Shown here: positions 7,138 through 17,186 of the stretch, piece by piece | Numbering within the stretch: position 1 is the first letter of the stretch | Layout: every line of letters begins with the position of its first letter | NCBI GenBank assembly: GCA_018433945.1 | Contig: JAHDQF010000013.1 | Coordinates: 9,672-73,671, forward strand | DNA: 64,000 nucleotides | Reading direction: 5' to 3' | Source: Proteiniphilum sp. | GTDB lineage: Bacteria > Bacteroidota > Bacteroidia > Bacteroidales > Dysgonomonadaceae | Translations under genes and position numbers: made by a program | The notes under the pieces: generated by a model | Database searches by the model: none | What the model was told of the DNA's origin: nothing | What the model saw: only the letters and a program-made list of their open reading frames with translations

Positions 7138-9336
7138 GTGGATGTCATCACCCGTGCCTACAATATGGCGAAAGAGGCACACAAAGGTGCACGCCGCCGT
7201 TCGGGTGAGCCCTACATCATGCACCCGCTGGCGGTGGCACGCATTGTCTCCAGTGAGATGGGGCTGGGATCGACCTCCATCTCGGCATCGTTGTTACACG
7301 ACGTGGTGGAAGATACCGATTACACGGTGGATGACATACGTGCCTTGTTCGGCGATAAGATTGCTCAGATTGTGGATGGGTTGACCAAAATTTCGCAGGG
7401 CATGTTCGGCGAGAATGTGTCGGCACAAGCTGAGAACTTCCGCAAGTTGCTGCTCACCATGTCAGACGATATCCGGGTGATCCTGATCAAGATCGCCGAC
7501 CGGCTGCACAACATGCGTACACTCTCCTCGATGAGCCCCACCAAGCAGTTCAAGATCACCGGTGAGACGCTCTATATTTATGCGCCGCTGGCACATCGTC
7601 TGGGTCTCTTTGCGATCAAGACGGAGTTGGAGGAGCTCTGTTTCCGGTATGAGCACCCTGAGGTGTATGCCGACCTGACAGCCAAGATTGCAGAGAGTGC
7701 ACCGGAACGGAATAAGATTTACGATAACTTTGCCGTGCCGGTGATAGCTGCGCTTGACAAGATGGGTATCAAGTATGAGATGCGCGCGCGCGTAAAATCG
7801 GTCTACTCCATCTGGAACAAGATGCAGAATAAGGGGATCAGCTTCAATGAGGTATATGACCTGTTTGCCGTCCGCATCATCTTCGAGGTGCATCCCGGCA
7901 TGGATGAGAAGAAACAGTGCTGGGATATCTACTCAGCCATCACCGACATCTACAAACTGCGACCCGACCGTATCCGTGATTGGGTGAGTCACCCCAAGGC
8001 CAACGGGTATCAGGCGCTGCACCTCACCGTGATGGGGCCTGACGGCAAATGGATTGAGATACAGATCCGTAGCCGCAGGATGGATGATATCGCCGAGAAA
8101 GGGTTTGCTGCCCATTGGAAGTATAAGGAAAACAGGATCGAAGAAGACAATGAACTCGATAAATGGCTGAAAACGATTCAGGAGATCCTCGCAAATCCCA
8201 ACCCTAACGCGATCGATTTCCTGGACACGGTGAAAATGAATCTTTTCTCATCGGAGATATTTGTGTTTACACCCAAAGGAGAGATCAAAACATTGCCCCA
8301 GGGTGCCACAGCGCTGGATTTTGCCTATACCATTCATACCCGTATCGGTGATCACTGCCTGGGTGCAAAGGTGAACCACACCCTTGTGCCCCTCAGTCAG
8401 CAGTTGCGCAGTGGGGATCAGGTTGAGATCCTCACTTCCCAGTCGGTCAACCCCCAGCCTGAGTGGCTCAATTTTGTGACTACTGCCAAGGCACGTACCA
8501 AGATTGAAGCATCGCTGCGCCGTCAACGACGTCGCATCATCGAAAAAGGGAAGAACATGCTGGAGGAGCTTTTTGAGAACGAACCTATCGACAACACACT
8601 TTTCAACAAGATCCTTCATTCCTACAAAGCGGAGAACAAAGAGGATCTCTACTACATGATTGGGAACAATGAGGTGATTCTGCCGGTTCAAAAAGAGGCC
8701 TTTTCAAAGCTGAAACCGGTTCCGGAGAAACAGGAGAACCTGTTTGTCCGCTATATGAAACAGGCAATGAGTGCCATTAAAAAAACACCTCAGGAGCCCC
8801 GCAAAATGTTGCTGAACGAAACCGGAAGTGAGGATGCGAATCTGTTGCTCTCACAGGAAATCAATCAGCCGAAAATCGACCGAAAAGCAATATACCGTCT
8901 CACAGAACAGAACTTCCGGAAGAACTTCATCGTCTATTCCTGTTGCAACCCGTTGCCGGGCGATGATGTGTTTGGTTATGTAACTGAAAAGGAAGAGGTG
9001 GAGGTGCACAAACGCTCCTGCCAGACAGGACTTAAGCTCAAGGCCAATTATGGGGACCGCATCATCGCGGTGGAGTGGGGCGATTACCGCCAGTACTCTT
9101 TCCTGGCATCCATCATCTTCACCGGTATCGATCGTGTGGGGATTCTGGCAAATATCTTGTCCAAGCTGGCAGAGGATGTGGTGGTCAATATTCAGAGTGT
9201 AAATGTGTCATCAAAGGATGGTATCTTCGAGGGAGTCTTCAACGTTCACGTGCATAGTGCTGAGGAGGTGAATCAGCTCTGTGCCAAAATAGCAAAGGTG
9301 GACGGCGTAAGTACCGTCCACCGTTCCACTATCTGA
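7138..9336 (+). CDS. relA: Bifunctional (p)ppGpp synthetase/hydrolase RelA/SpoT
   Basis: 732-aa ORF. An HD domain (HPLAVARIV...HDVVEDT) is followed by a RelA_SpoT synthetase block (YQALHLTV...EIQIRS), a TGS-like region and a C-terminal ACT-like region. Confidence 0.93.
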   Translation: MDVITRAYNMAKEAHKGARRRSGEPYIMHPLAVARIVSSEMGLGSTSISASLLHDVVEDTDYTVDDIRALFGDKIAQIVDGLTKISQGMFGENVSAQAENFRKLLLTMSDDIRVILIKIADRLHNMRTLSSMSPTKQFKITGETLYIYAPLAHRLGLFAIKTELEELCFRYEHPEVYADLTAKIAESAPERNKIYDNFAVPVIAALDKMGIKYEMRARVKSVYSIWNKMQNKGISFNEVYDLFAVRIIFEVHPGMDEKKQCWDIYSAITDIYKLRPDRIRDWVSHPKANGYQALHLTVMGPDGKWIEIQIRSRRMDDIAEKGFAAHWKYKENRIEEDNELDKWLKTIQEILANPNPNAIDFLDTVKMNLFSSEIFVFTPKGEIKTLPQGATALDFAYTIHTRIGDHCLGAKVNHTLVPLSQQLRSGDQVEILTSQSVNPQPEWLNFVTTAKARTKIEASLRRQRRRIIEKGKNMLEELFENEPIDNTLFNKILHSYKAENKEDLYYMIGNNEVILPVQKEAFSKLKPVPEKQENLFVRYMKQAMSAIKKTPQEPRKMLLNETGSEDANLLLSQEINQPKIDRKAIYRLTEQNFRKNFIVYSCCNPLPGDDVFGYVTEKEEVEVHKRSCQTGLKLKANYGDRIIAVEWGDYRQYSFLASIIFTGIDRVGILANILSKLAEDVVVNIQSVNVSSKDGIFEGVFNVHVHSAEEVNQLCAKIAKVDGVSTVHRSTI

Positions 9337-9715
9337 TTTTTTTCTTTTTTCTTCTGCCGAACAGCAGCGAAGTACCCCTTTTCAGTGCAAAAGTGATGAT
9401 TGCCGGCTTGGTCAGCTTCCATGCTACAGAGCCGAGTAGCGGCAGGTTGGAGAACGCCAGGTTGACCCAGGGATTTCTCCTGCGTGAGACAAAGGGTGTC
9501 ACCGCGGAAGAGCTGCCGCTGGAGAATGTATCCACCGTCTCTGCAAATTTTGTTTTCACCGATGAGGTGAGCCCCTTGGTCAGCAACGATCCCCAATTGT
9601 CATTCAGATACTGCAACTGGTATGAGAGGCGTTTACTGGCGATGCTTCGCTCCTCTCTCTGTCTCTTTTTCTCCAATCGCAGCTCTTCCAGTGGTGTAAG
9701 TTTATAGGTGCTCAT
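9329..9715 (-). CDS. Hypothetical protein with K/R-rich C-terminus
   Basis: 128-aa ORF, translationally coupled (4-nt overlap) to the upstream holin-X-like gene. I recognise no motif. Confidence 0.5.
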   Translation of the reverse strand: MSTYKLTPLEELRLEKKRQREERSIASKRLSYQLQYLNDNWGSLLTKGLTSSVKTKFAETVDTFSSGSSSAVTPFVSRRRNPWVNLAFSNLPLLGSVAWKLTKPAIITFALKRGTSLLFGRRKKKKIR

Positions 9716-10089
9716 GGGTTATTCTTTGTTTTGTCGGTCTCATCGTTTTCCATCAGGAAGCGAACCACTTTGTTGGTTATCTTCTTCTTGAACGGTTTAC
9801 CTGCCAGCAGCATGATCAGCAGTACCAAGAGGGTAAATCCGGTCACGATGCCGAAGCCAACCCATAGGTTCTGCAGCAGATCGCCCAGGTAGAGAGCTAT
9901 CGTGACAAAAAGGAACAACAGGGCAAATAAGGCGGCACCACCGATTATCAACCCATAGGTGATTGCCGAGGAGCCCAGGCTTAGTTTTTCATACACCTCC
10001 AGTTTTCCGAGTTCGAGTGAGCTGGTGATGAATCTGGATACATCATCACGCATCTCTTCAAACAGCGTACTTACTTTTTTTTCTTCCAT
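9712..10089 (-). CDS. Small two-TM membrane protein (holin-X/phage-holin-family-like annotation class)
   Basis: 125-aa ORF with two hydrophobic segments (AITYGLIIGGAALFALLFLFVTIALYL and VGFGIVTGFTLLVLLIMLLA). It is located next to a YtxH gene, as is common in Bacteroidetes. Confidence 0.55.
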   Translation of the reverse strand: MEEKKVSTLFEEMRDDVSRFITSSLELGKLEVYEKLSLGSSAITYGLIIGGAALFALLFLFVTIALYLGDLLQNLWVGFGIVTGFTLLVLLIMLLAGKPFKKKITNKVVRFLMENDETDKTKNNP

Positions 10090-10114
10090 TGGTTCGGCAG
10101 ATTATGAGGGTCTG

Positions 10115-10357
10115 TTATTGTTTGGCCAGTTCTTTCTTTGCGATGTCGGCAATGTCGTCGATATCTTCCTTGATATCTTCCACCTCGCTCTTGCCTTTGT
10201 AGATGGCTGTTTTTACGTTAGCCCTCACCTTGTCTGCAAATTCGTTGGCCTGTTCCAGCCACTCTTCCTTGCGGTCTGAACCCACGATGTAACCGATGGC
10301 AGCACCCAGTGCAACGCCAATACCCAATCCCAATAGCAATTTTGATTCTGAATTCAT
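10115..10357 (-). CDS. YtxH domain-containing protein
   Basis: 80-aa ORF with an N-terminal Gly-zipper helix (LLLGLGIGVALGAAIGYIVG) followed by a charged helical tail. Confidence 0.65.
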   Translation of the reverse strand: MNSESKLLLGLGIGVALGAAIGYIVGSDRKEEWLEQANEFADKVRANVKTAIYKGKSEVEDIKEDIDDIADIAKKELAKQ

Positions 10358-10527
10358 AATTGGTTGTGTTTAATAGTTTAAAAATATCTATTTTCCTCAT
10401 TCACAGACCGAAGGGCTGTTTCATGCATGAAGCGCTTTGTGACTGAACAGCCCATCAGTGATCATTCTACTAATAAACAGACAGCGCGCAAAATTGTTTG
10501 CTCCACCGCTTGATTATCTGCGATTGA

Positions 10528-11895
10528 CTAGTCCGTCGCCACTGCTTCACCCAACAGGGTGGCAGGTGTGAAGCCGGTTACCCGCACTTTTACCAAATCT
10601 CCGATGCGGTGCTGCTGCTTGTTGAAGATCACCACTTTGTTCTGCTCATTCCTGCCGAAGAGCTGCTCACGTGATCGTTTGGAGAAACCCTCTACCAACA
10701 CCTCAAACACCTTGCCCATGTCGCGCTCGTTGCTCTGCCGTGATAACTCCAGTTGCAGGGCGATGATCTCCTGCAGTCTGCGGTTTTTCACCTCCTCCGG
10801 CACGTTGTCCTCCAGCTTCCTGGCTGCGTAGGTGCCGGGGCGCTCGGAGTACTTGAACATGAAAGCTGAGTCGAACCCCACCTCACGCATCAGCGAGAGG
10901 GTCTCCTGGTGATCCTCTTCGGTCTCGGAGTGGAACCCGCACATGATGTCGGTCGACAGGCCGCAGTCGGGGATGATCCGTTTGATGGCCGCGATCCGTT
11001 CCATGTACCACTCCCGGTTGTAGCGGCGATTCATCAGTTTCATCATGCGAGAGCTCCCCGATTGTACGGGCAGATGGATGTAGTTGCAGAGGTTGGGATA
11101 CCTGGCGATGGTCTCCAGGGTGGCGTTGTTCATGTCCCAGGGGTGAGAGGTGGTGAAGCGTATTCTCATCCCTGGTGCAGCTTCAGCCACCAAGGAGAGC
11201 AGCTCATCAAACCCGATGTTCTTTTCCCCATCTTTGAAGCGGTAGGAGTTGACATTTTGTCCCAGCAGAATCACCTCCCTGAATCCTTTCTTCTGCATCA
11301 CCTGCAACTCGTTGAGGATGCTCTCCGGCTCGCGGCTGCGCTCCCTGCCTCGCGTGAAAGGTACGATGCAGTAGGTACAGAACTTGTCGCAACCACGCAT
11401 GATGGAGATATAGCCGGAAATATTGCTCCCCTCCATCTTGAGGGGGATCACATCCTTGTAGGTCTCCGTCTTCGAGAGCTCGATGTTTATTGCTTTCTCA
11501 CCCTGTTCTGCAGCTCCCACCAGGTTGGGCAGGTCGAGGTAGGCATCGGGACCCACCACCAGGTCGGCATGATGCTTGTCGATCAGCTCTGATTTAGCAC
11601 GCTCAGCCATGCACCCCAGTACGCCGATGATCAGATGATCTTTTCGTTTGCGTTTCAGCGACTGAAAGTAGTCCAGCCGTTGAAACACTTTCTGTTCTGC
11701 ATTCTCACGGATGGAGCAGGTGTTGACGAAGATGGCATCGGCATCCCGGTCGTCGTTGGTCAGGCTGTAGCCATCCATCTCCATGATGGAAGCCACCACT
11801 TCTGTATCGGCAACATTCATCTGACATCCGTAGGTCTCAATATACAATTTCTTCTCTTTATGGTTGTCGTTGTTCATTATTTCACTCATTCTCAC
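10528..11895 (-). CDS. miaB: tRNA-2-methylthio-N6-dimethylallyladenosine synthase MiaB
   Basis: The N-terminus is LYIETYGCQMNVADTE. The radical-SAM motif CDKFCTYC is present, and the protein ends in a TRAM domain. Confidence 0.92.
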   Translation of the reverse strand: MRMSEIMNNDNHKEKKLYIETYGCQMNVADTEVVASIMEMDGYSLTNDDRDADAIFVNTCSIRENAEQKVFQRLDYFQSLKRKRKDHLIIGVLGCMAERAKSELIDKHHADLVVGPDAYLDLPNLVGAAEQGEKAINIELSKTETYKDVIPLKMEGSNISGYISIMRGCDKFCTYCIVPFTRGRERSREPESILNELQVMQKKGFREVILLGQNVNSYRFKDGEKNIGFDELLSLVAEAAPGMRIRFTTSHPWDMNNATLETIARYPNLCNYIHLPVQSGSSRMMKLMNRRYNREWYMERIAAIKRIIPDCGLSTDIMCGFHSETEEDHQETLSLMREVGFDSAFMFKYSERPGTYAARKLEDNVPEEVKNRRLQEIIALQLELSRQSNERDMGKVFEVLVEGFSKRSREQLFGRNEQNKVVIFNKQQHRIGDLVKVRVTGFTPATLLGEAVATD

Positions 11896-11971
11896 TGTGA
11901 TCCATTCCCGAAGGGAAAGTTAAAAACTGTAATTATCCGGATATAAAGTTGGGAATTACCATCCAATAACT

Positions 11972-11979
11972 TATATTTG
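11972..11979 (+). promoter_or_regulatory. Bacteroidetes -7 box TATATTTG
   Basis: TAnnTTTG match upstream of the 12136 ORF. Confidence 0.35.
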
Positions 11980-12135
11980 CGGAGAAAAAAAATAATTTTT
12001 TATTTTTTTCATAGTTAAGGTTTTGGTTAAATGATCGGGAGTGACTGTGAAGTTGCTCCCGATAATTTGTGTGCCAAATACCCTAATATTCATAAAAAAT
12101 GCCTATTTTTGTCCGGATGCAAAATTAATCAAAAT

Positions 12136-12606
12136 ATGGAATTCGGCGATATCATTTATTTGATCCTTATTCTTTTTTTCGCGATATTGGGCTTTTCCAA
12201 TGAATCCCGGAAGAAGAAAAATCAGCAGCAGCAGAGTGAGAAGGATTTCGGTCACACTTTAGATGATGAGGAGGATGAACCCTGGCTGCAACATCTTCCA
12301 GGTGATCTTCCGCCTGTTCCAGCGCATCAGGCTCAAATGTCAACCCGTCCCGAATTCCGTTCCTCGCTCGATCTGGTGACAGATTTCGAAGAAGCCTCCT
12401 CTCTGAAAGGCTCCATCTTTGTTTACGATGCCGATGAGTCGTTTACGCAGGAGTCAACACAAGACGGTGCCACCACGGGACAAACAAGTGCATTTGATCA
12501 GAGGAGCTTCGTACATCCGCTGTTGGTGGAACTGACCGGTGATGGTGCAGTGGAAGCGCTGAAGAAAGGCTTGATCTATGGTGAGATTATGCAACGAAAA
12601 TATTGA
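12136..12606 (+). CDS. Hypothetical membrane-anchored acidic protein
   Basis: I chose the ATG at 12136, which gives the N-terminal TM segment MEFGDIIYLILILFFAILGF. The rest is acidic and low-complexity, with no recognisable motif. Confidence 0.5.
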   Translation: MEFGDIIYLILILFFAILGFSNESRKKKNQQQQSEKDFGHTLDDEEDEPWLQHLPGDLPPVPAHQAQMSTRPEFRSSLDLVTDFEEASSLKGSIFVYDADESFTQESTQDGATTGQTSAFDQRSFVHPLLVELTGDGAVEALKKGLIYGEIMQRKY

Positions 12607-12658
12607 ACCACGCACGATTAGAACCAACCAAAACATATAAAAAAAATCAACTATTGAT

Positions 12659-14149
12659 ATGGCATTGAAATTTATGAACGCTGAAGAGGCTGCGTCGCTC
12701 ATCAAACATGACGACAACGTTGGCTTCAGTGGGTTTACGCATGCCGGCTGCCCGAAAGTGGTACCGGTAGAGATCGCCAAAAGGGCAGAGGCAGAACATG
12801 CGAAAGGCAATCCCTTCAAGATCGGTGTTTTCACCGGTGCCTCCACCGGCGACTCAATTGACGGTTCGCTTGCGAGGGCCAGGGCAATCAAGTTCCGCAC
12901 ACCCTATCAGACCAACAAGGATATGCGTGAGGCGCTCAACAGAGGCGAATTTGACTTCTTCGACCTGCATCTCTCCCAGCTGGCACAGGAGATTCGTTAC
13001 GGTTTCCTTGGCAAGATCAACGTAGCGGTGGTTGAAGCTGCCGAGGTGACCGAGAGTGGTGAGATTGTGCCCACCACAGGTGTGGGTATCACCCCCACCA
13101 TCTGTCGCCTGGCCGATATCGTCATCGTGGAGCTGAACAAAAAAGTGCCCACGAAGTTGCGCGGTATTCACGACATTTATGAGCTGCAGGATCCTCCCAA
13201 ACGGCGGGAGATACCGATCTACGAGGTGCAGAACCGGGTGGGACTGGAATATGTGAAAGTGAATCCGGAGAAGATCTTCGTGGTGGAGACCGAGCGAGAT
13301 GGTGAAGGCGGTGGTTTTGCACCGCTCGACGAGGTGACTGCTCGCATCGGAAACAATGTGGCGGAGTTTTTCGTAGCTGAGATGAGGGCTGGACGTATTC
13401 CCCGCCATTTTCTGCCCATCCAGTCCGGTGTGGGCAACATCGCCAACGCGGTGCTGGCATCGATGGGGAGCAACCTCGATATTCCCCGCTTTGAGGTGTA
13501 TACCGAGGTGATCCAGGATGCAGTGATCGACATGATGCAGAAGGGGAATATCTCTTTCGCCAGCGGCTGCTCGCTCACGGTGAGTAATGAGGTGCTGGAG
13601 AAGTTCTACAGTGATCTCGCCTTCTTTAAGAACAAGCTGGTGCTCCGTCCTTCCGAAATCTCCAATAACCCGGGATTGGCACGCCGAATGGGCATCATTG
13701 CCCTTAACACCGCCATCGAGGTGGATATCTTCGGCAATGTCAACTCCACCCACGTGAACGGAACCAAGATGATGAACGGTATTGGTGGGTCGGGCGACTT
13801 CACCCGCAACTCCTACCTCTCCATCTTCCTCACCCCCTCCACGGCCAAGAACGGCGCCATCAGCTGCATCGTGCCCAAGGTGACACACGAAGACCACAAC
13901 GAGCACTCGGTGAAGATCATCGTCTCGGAATATGGAGTGGCCGACCTCAGAGGCAAAGGGCCACGCAAACGTGCCGAGGAGATCATCAACAAGTGCGCAC
14001 ACCCCGATTATCGTCCTCTCCTGCACGAATACCTGAATCGTGGCGTAAAGGGTCATATCCCGCAGGATCTGTATGCCTGTTTCGCGTTCCATCATGCCCT
14101 GTCGGAAACGGGCAGCATGATGAATACCGATTTCTCGAAATATAAATGA
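12659..14149 (+). CDS. Acetyl-CoA hydrolase/transferase family (succinate/acetate CoA-transferase)
   Basis: 496-aa ORF. The N-terminus (EAASLIKHDDNVGFSGFTHAGCPK) and the GIGGSGDF-type block are typical of the Cat1/AarC family. Confidence 0.85.
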   Translation: MALKFMNAEEAASLIKHDDNVGFSGFTHAGCPKVVPVEIAKRAEAEHAKGNPFKIGVFTGASTGDSIDGSLARARAIKFRTPYQTNKDMREALNRGEFDFFDLHLSQLAQEIRYGFLGKINVAVVEAAEVTESGEIVPTTGVGITPTICRLADIVIVELNKKVPTKLRGIHDIYELQDPPKRREIPIYEVQNRVGLEYVKVNPEKIFVVETERDGEGGGFAPLDEVTARIGNNVAEFFVAEMRAGRIPRHFLPIQSGVGNIANAVLASMGSNLDIPRFEVYTEVIQDAVIDMMQKGNISFASGCSLTVSNEVLEKFYSDLAFFKNKLVLRPSEISNNPGLARRMGIIALNTAIEVDIFGNVNSTHVNGTKMMNGIGGSGDFTRNSYLSIFLTPSTAKNGAISCIVPKVTHEDHNEHSVKIIVSEYGVADLRGKGPRKRAEEIINKCAHPDYRPLLHEYLNRGVKGHIPQDLYACFAFHHALSETGSMMNTDFSKYK

Positions 14150-14272
14150 TACACAATCGTGTGGGGTACAATTGACAGAATCGGCTCCGTGGCTGTCGTT
14201 GCTCTTACGGGGGTTGATTACAGCACAAAAAAAGGTCAAGACCTAATCTCAACCCTTTTGTTGTTTCTGTAG

Positions 14273-14348
14273 TCGGGATGACTGGATTCGAACCAGCGAC
14301 CACTCGCCCCCCAGACGAGTACTCTAAACCGGACTGAGCTACATCCCG
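14273..14348 (-). tRNA. tRNA-Pro (anticodon GGG)
   Basis: The reverse complement folds as a cloverleaf. The acceptor stem pairs CGGGATG with CATCCCG, the T-loop is TTCGAAT, and the anticodon stem-loop is CTCGT-CUGGGGG-GCGAG. The structure was folded by hand. Confidence 0.85.
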
Positions 14349-14360
14349 TAAAAGTGCGTG

Positions 14361-14368
14361 CAAAAGTA
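14361..14368 (-). promoter_or_regulatory. Bacteroidetes -7 box (TACTTTTG) for tRNA-Pro
   Basis: TAnnTTTG match on the minus strand, 13 nt upstream of the tRNA 5' end. Confidence 0.45.
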
Positions 14369-14595
14369 ACACTATTTTTTGAATTCCACAAACGTTCCAC
14401 CCCATTCGTTTAAACTATATTATGATTTAATTTCGTTACGGTTAAAAAAAAAGTTGTTAATTTGCACCTGAAATTGATCATGCAGAGGCTGTTTGTCATC
14501 ACCTTGTCTGTCTTCCACACCGAGCGTAACAGTTAAGTTGAACCTGATTGTGTGAGTAGATGAATAGCCTCGGGGAAATATAATAAATAAAATAG

Positions 14596-15666
14596 ATGAC
14601 CTTTACTGCTAAACAAATAGCCGACTTCTTGCGCGGAGAAGTAATCGGTAACCCGGACGCGGCCGTATCTTCTTTTTCCAAAATAGAAGAAGGTAAGCCT
14701 GGAACACTTACCTTTCTGGGAAATCCCAAATATACGCCATATATTTATGATACTGCAGCCGATATTGTTTTGGTGAACAATGATTTCGTGCCCGATAAAC
14801 CTGTCAGGACCACTATGATTAAAGTGCCCAATCCATACGCTGCACTGGCCTCCCTGATGTCGTTGGTAGAACAACAGAAGCCGGTGAAAGAGGGAGTTGC
14901 AGCAGTTGCATACATATCTCCCTCAGCTACCGTGGGAGAGCATATCTATCTGGGTGAGTTTGCCTTCATAGGCGAGCAGACGCAAATCGGCAACAACTGC
15001 ATGATCTATCCACAGGTCTATGTGGGTGACAATGTGCAGCTGGGCGACAACTGCATCCTCTATCCCGGCGTGAAGATTTACCATGATTGTGTGATCGGCA
15101 ACAACTGTATCATCCATGCGGGTGCCGTGATCGGTGCTGACGGTTTCGGATTTAGCAAAGAGGAGGAGATCTACCGGAAGATTCCGCAGATTGGCAACGT
15201 GATCATTGAGGATGATGTGGAGATCGGGGCCAATACCACCATCGACCGTGCTGTGATGGGATCGACTCTTATCCATCGGGGAGTGAAGCTGGATAACCTG
15301 ATTCAGATCGCGCATAACTGTGAAGTGGGTGAGAATACGGTGATGGCTGCCCAGGTGGGTATCGCAGGATCTACCAGAATCGAAGAGAACTGTGTGCTGG
15401 GCGGACAGGTAGGCATCGGCGGGCACATCACCATTGGGAAGAAGAGCCAGATTGGTGCACAGTCGGGCATCATCAGCAACACCAAAGAGGGATCGGAGGT
15501 GTTGGGGTCGCCCGCAATCCCGGTGAGAGACTTTTTTAAGTCGAGTGTCATTTTTCCCAAGATTCCCGATATGTATCGCCGACTAAATGCCATGGAGAAA
15601 GAGTTGGCCGACCTGAAAAAGAAACTCTCGGAAAAAGAGCTGGAGAGCGAAATGGGAAACGAATAA
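14596..15666 (+). CDS. lpxD: UDP-3-O-acylglucosamine N-acyltransferase LpxD
   Basis: 356-aa ORF with hexapeptide repeats. The N-terminus [17 protein letters not shown] is typical of LpxD. It lies in an lpx cluster. Confidence 0.9.
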   Translation: MTFTAKQIADFLRGEVIGNPDAAVSSFSKIEEGKPGTLTFLGNPKYTPYIYDTAADIVLVNNDFVPDKPVRTTMIKVPNPYAALASLMSLVEQQKPVKEGVAAVAYISPSATVGEHIYLGEFAFIGEQTQIGNNCMIYPQVYVGDNVQLGDNCILYPGVKIYHDCVIGNNCIIHAGAVIGADGFGFSKEEEIYRKIPQIGNVIIEDDVEIGANTTIDRAVMGSTLIHRGVKLDNLIQIAHNCEVGENTVMAAQVGIAGSTRIEENCVLGGQVGIGGHITIGKKSQIGAQSGIISNTKEGSEVLGSPAIPVRDFFKSSVIFPKIPDMYRRLNAMEKELADLKKKLSEKELESEMGNE

Positions 15667-15735
15667 GTTTCCACGATCCGTAATCCTGAAAGCAAACATT
15701 TATGGAAAAAAAGCAGGATTTCCTGCTTTTGGTTG

Positions 15736-15743
15736 TATATTTG
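15736..15743 (+). promoter_or_regulatory. Bacteroidetes -7 box TATATTTG
   Basis: TAnnTTTG match 39 nt upstream of the lpxC-fabZ start. Confidence 0.4.
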
Positions 15744-15781
15744 CACACAATTTTCAAAAATGTGTAATTAAAATAGATACA

Positions 15782-17164
15782 GTGAAACAGAGAACATTGC
15801 AAAGCAGCTTCACCCTGCAGGGTATTGGGCTCCATACCGGTCAGAAAATTGTGATTACTTTCAACCCTGCACCGGTGGATCACGGATACAAGATTCGGCG
15901 GGTGGATCTGGAAGATCAACCGGTAATAGAGGCATTGGCTGAACAGGTGGTTCATACGCAACGTGGAACGGTTCTGGGTAAGGGAAATGTCACGGTGAGC
16001 ACCGTTGAACATGGTTTTGCCGCCCTCTATGCCCTGGGTATCGACAACTGTCTGATCGATGTGGACGCCTCTGAATTTCCGATCCTCGACGGTAGTGCCA
16101 TTGAGTATGTGCGGGAGATCCGTAAAACAGGTGTTGTAGAGCAGGAGAAGGACAAGGATTTCTATATCGTGCGCAACAAGATGGAGGTTACCGATCCCGA
16201 AACCGGTTCCAAGCTCACACTCCTACCGGATGACGCCTTCTGCATCAACTCTTTCATCGAGTTCGATTCCCAATATATTCCCAATCAGTCGGCATCCATG
16301 GATGCGGTAACTGATTTTGAAAAAGAGATTGCCTCCTGCCGAACCTTCGTATTCGTACGTGAGATTGAACAGCTGAGGAGGGTAGGACTCATCAAAGGAG
16401 GTAATCTGGACAACGCCATCGTTATCTACGAAAAGAAGCTCTCGCAAAAGGAGTTGGATGATATCGCCGATGAGATCGGTGTGCCACATCACAATGCAGA
16501 TGAGTTGGGTTACCTGAACCATCGCAAGCTGCTTTTTCCCAATGAGCCGGCAAGACACAAGCTGCTCGACATCATCGGGGACATGTCGCTTATCGGTAAA
16601 CCAATCAAGGGACGCCTGATCGCCCACAAGCCGGGACACAAGATCAACAACCAGCTGGCTCGCTTGATCCGCAAGGATATCAAACTCAACGAGGTGCAGC
16701 CGCCGATTTATGACCTGAAATCGGAGCCGGTGATGGACAACAATCGCATCCGCGAGCTGCTGCCTCATCGTTATCCCTTTCTGATGGTTGACAAGGTGAT
16801 CCAGATGACGGACACCTATATCGTGGGGGTCAAGAACATCACCACCAACGAACCATACTTCTCCGGTCACTTTCCACAGGAACCGGTGATGCCGGGGGTA
16901 CTGCAGGTGGAGGCGATGGCTCAAACCGGGGGACTGTTGGTGCTGGCTAAGCTCGACGAGCCGGAGAGATACTCAACTTACTTCCTGAAGATCGATAACG
17001 TGAAGTTCCGCCACAAGGTGGTGCCGGGTGATACCATTCTCTTCCGGGTAGAGCTCACCTCCGCGATGCGCAGGGGCATCGCCACCATGCGGGGCCTGGC
17101 TTTCATCGGGGATAAGGTGGTTTCTGAGGCCGACTTCACCGCCCAGATTATCAAGAATAAATAA
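15782..17164 (+). CDS. lpxC: Bifunctional UDP-3-O-acyl-GlcNAc deacetylase / 3-hydroxyacyl-ACP dehydratase (LpxC-FabZ fusion)
   Basis: 460-aa ORF with a GTG start. The LpxC N-terminus is MKQRTLQSSFTLQGIGLHTG. The FabZ half carries LPHRYPFLMVDKV...GHFP..PVMPGVL. Confidence 0.93.
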   Translation: MKQRTLQSSFTLQGIGLHTGQKIVITFNPAPVDHGYKIRRVDLEDQPVIEALAEQVVHTQRGTVLGKGNVTVSTVEHGFAALYALGIDNCLIDVDASEFPILDGSAIEYVREIRKTGVVEQEKDKDFYIVRNKMEVTDPETGSKLTLLPDDAFCINSFIEFDSQYIPNQSASMDAVTDFEKEIASCRTFVFVREIEQLRRVGLIKGGNLDNAIVIYEKKLSQKELDDIADEIGVPHHNADELGYLNHRKLLFPNEPARHKLLDIIGDMSLIGKPIKGRLIAHKPGHKINNQLARLIRKDIKLNEVQPPIYDLKSEPVMDNNRIRELLPHRYPFLMVDKVIQMTDTYIVGVKNITTNEPYFSGHFPQEPVMPGVLQVEAMAQTGGLLVLAKLDEPERYSTYFLKIDNVKFRHKVVPGDTILFRVELTSAMRRGIATMRGLAFIGDKVVSEADFTAQIIKNK

Positions 17165-17186
17165 AATTCAACAGAAAGATACCTTT

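Noticed and set aside
9712-10089. 'Phage holin family'-like gene as evidence of a prophage
   Set aside because: There are no capsid, tail, terminase, integrase or endolysin genes nearby. Composition is host-like, and the gene belongs to a YtxH-linked small-membrane-protein trio.
12854-14239. 461-aa ORF antisense to the CoA-transferase gene
   Set aside because: It lies entirely within a well-supported gene on the other strand. Its translation is low-complexity and rich in H, R, G and V, typical of shadow ORFs in GC-rich coding DNA, and I recognise no motif in it.
14273-14348. tRNA-Pro as an integration hotspot
   Set aside because: I saw no integrase, no duplicated tRNA 3' end and no compositional shift on either side. 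The flanks are housekeeping genes (a CoA-transferase and lpxD).
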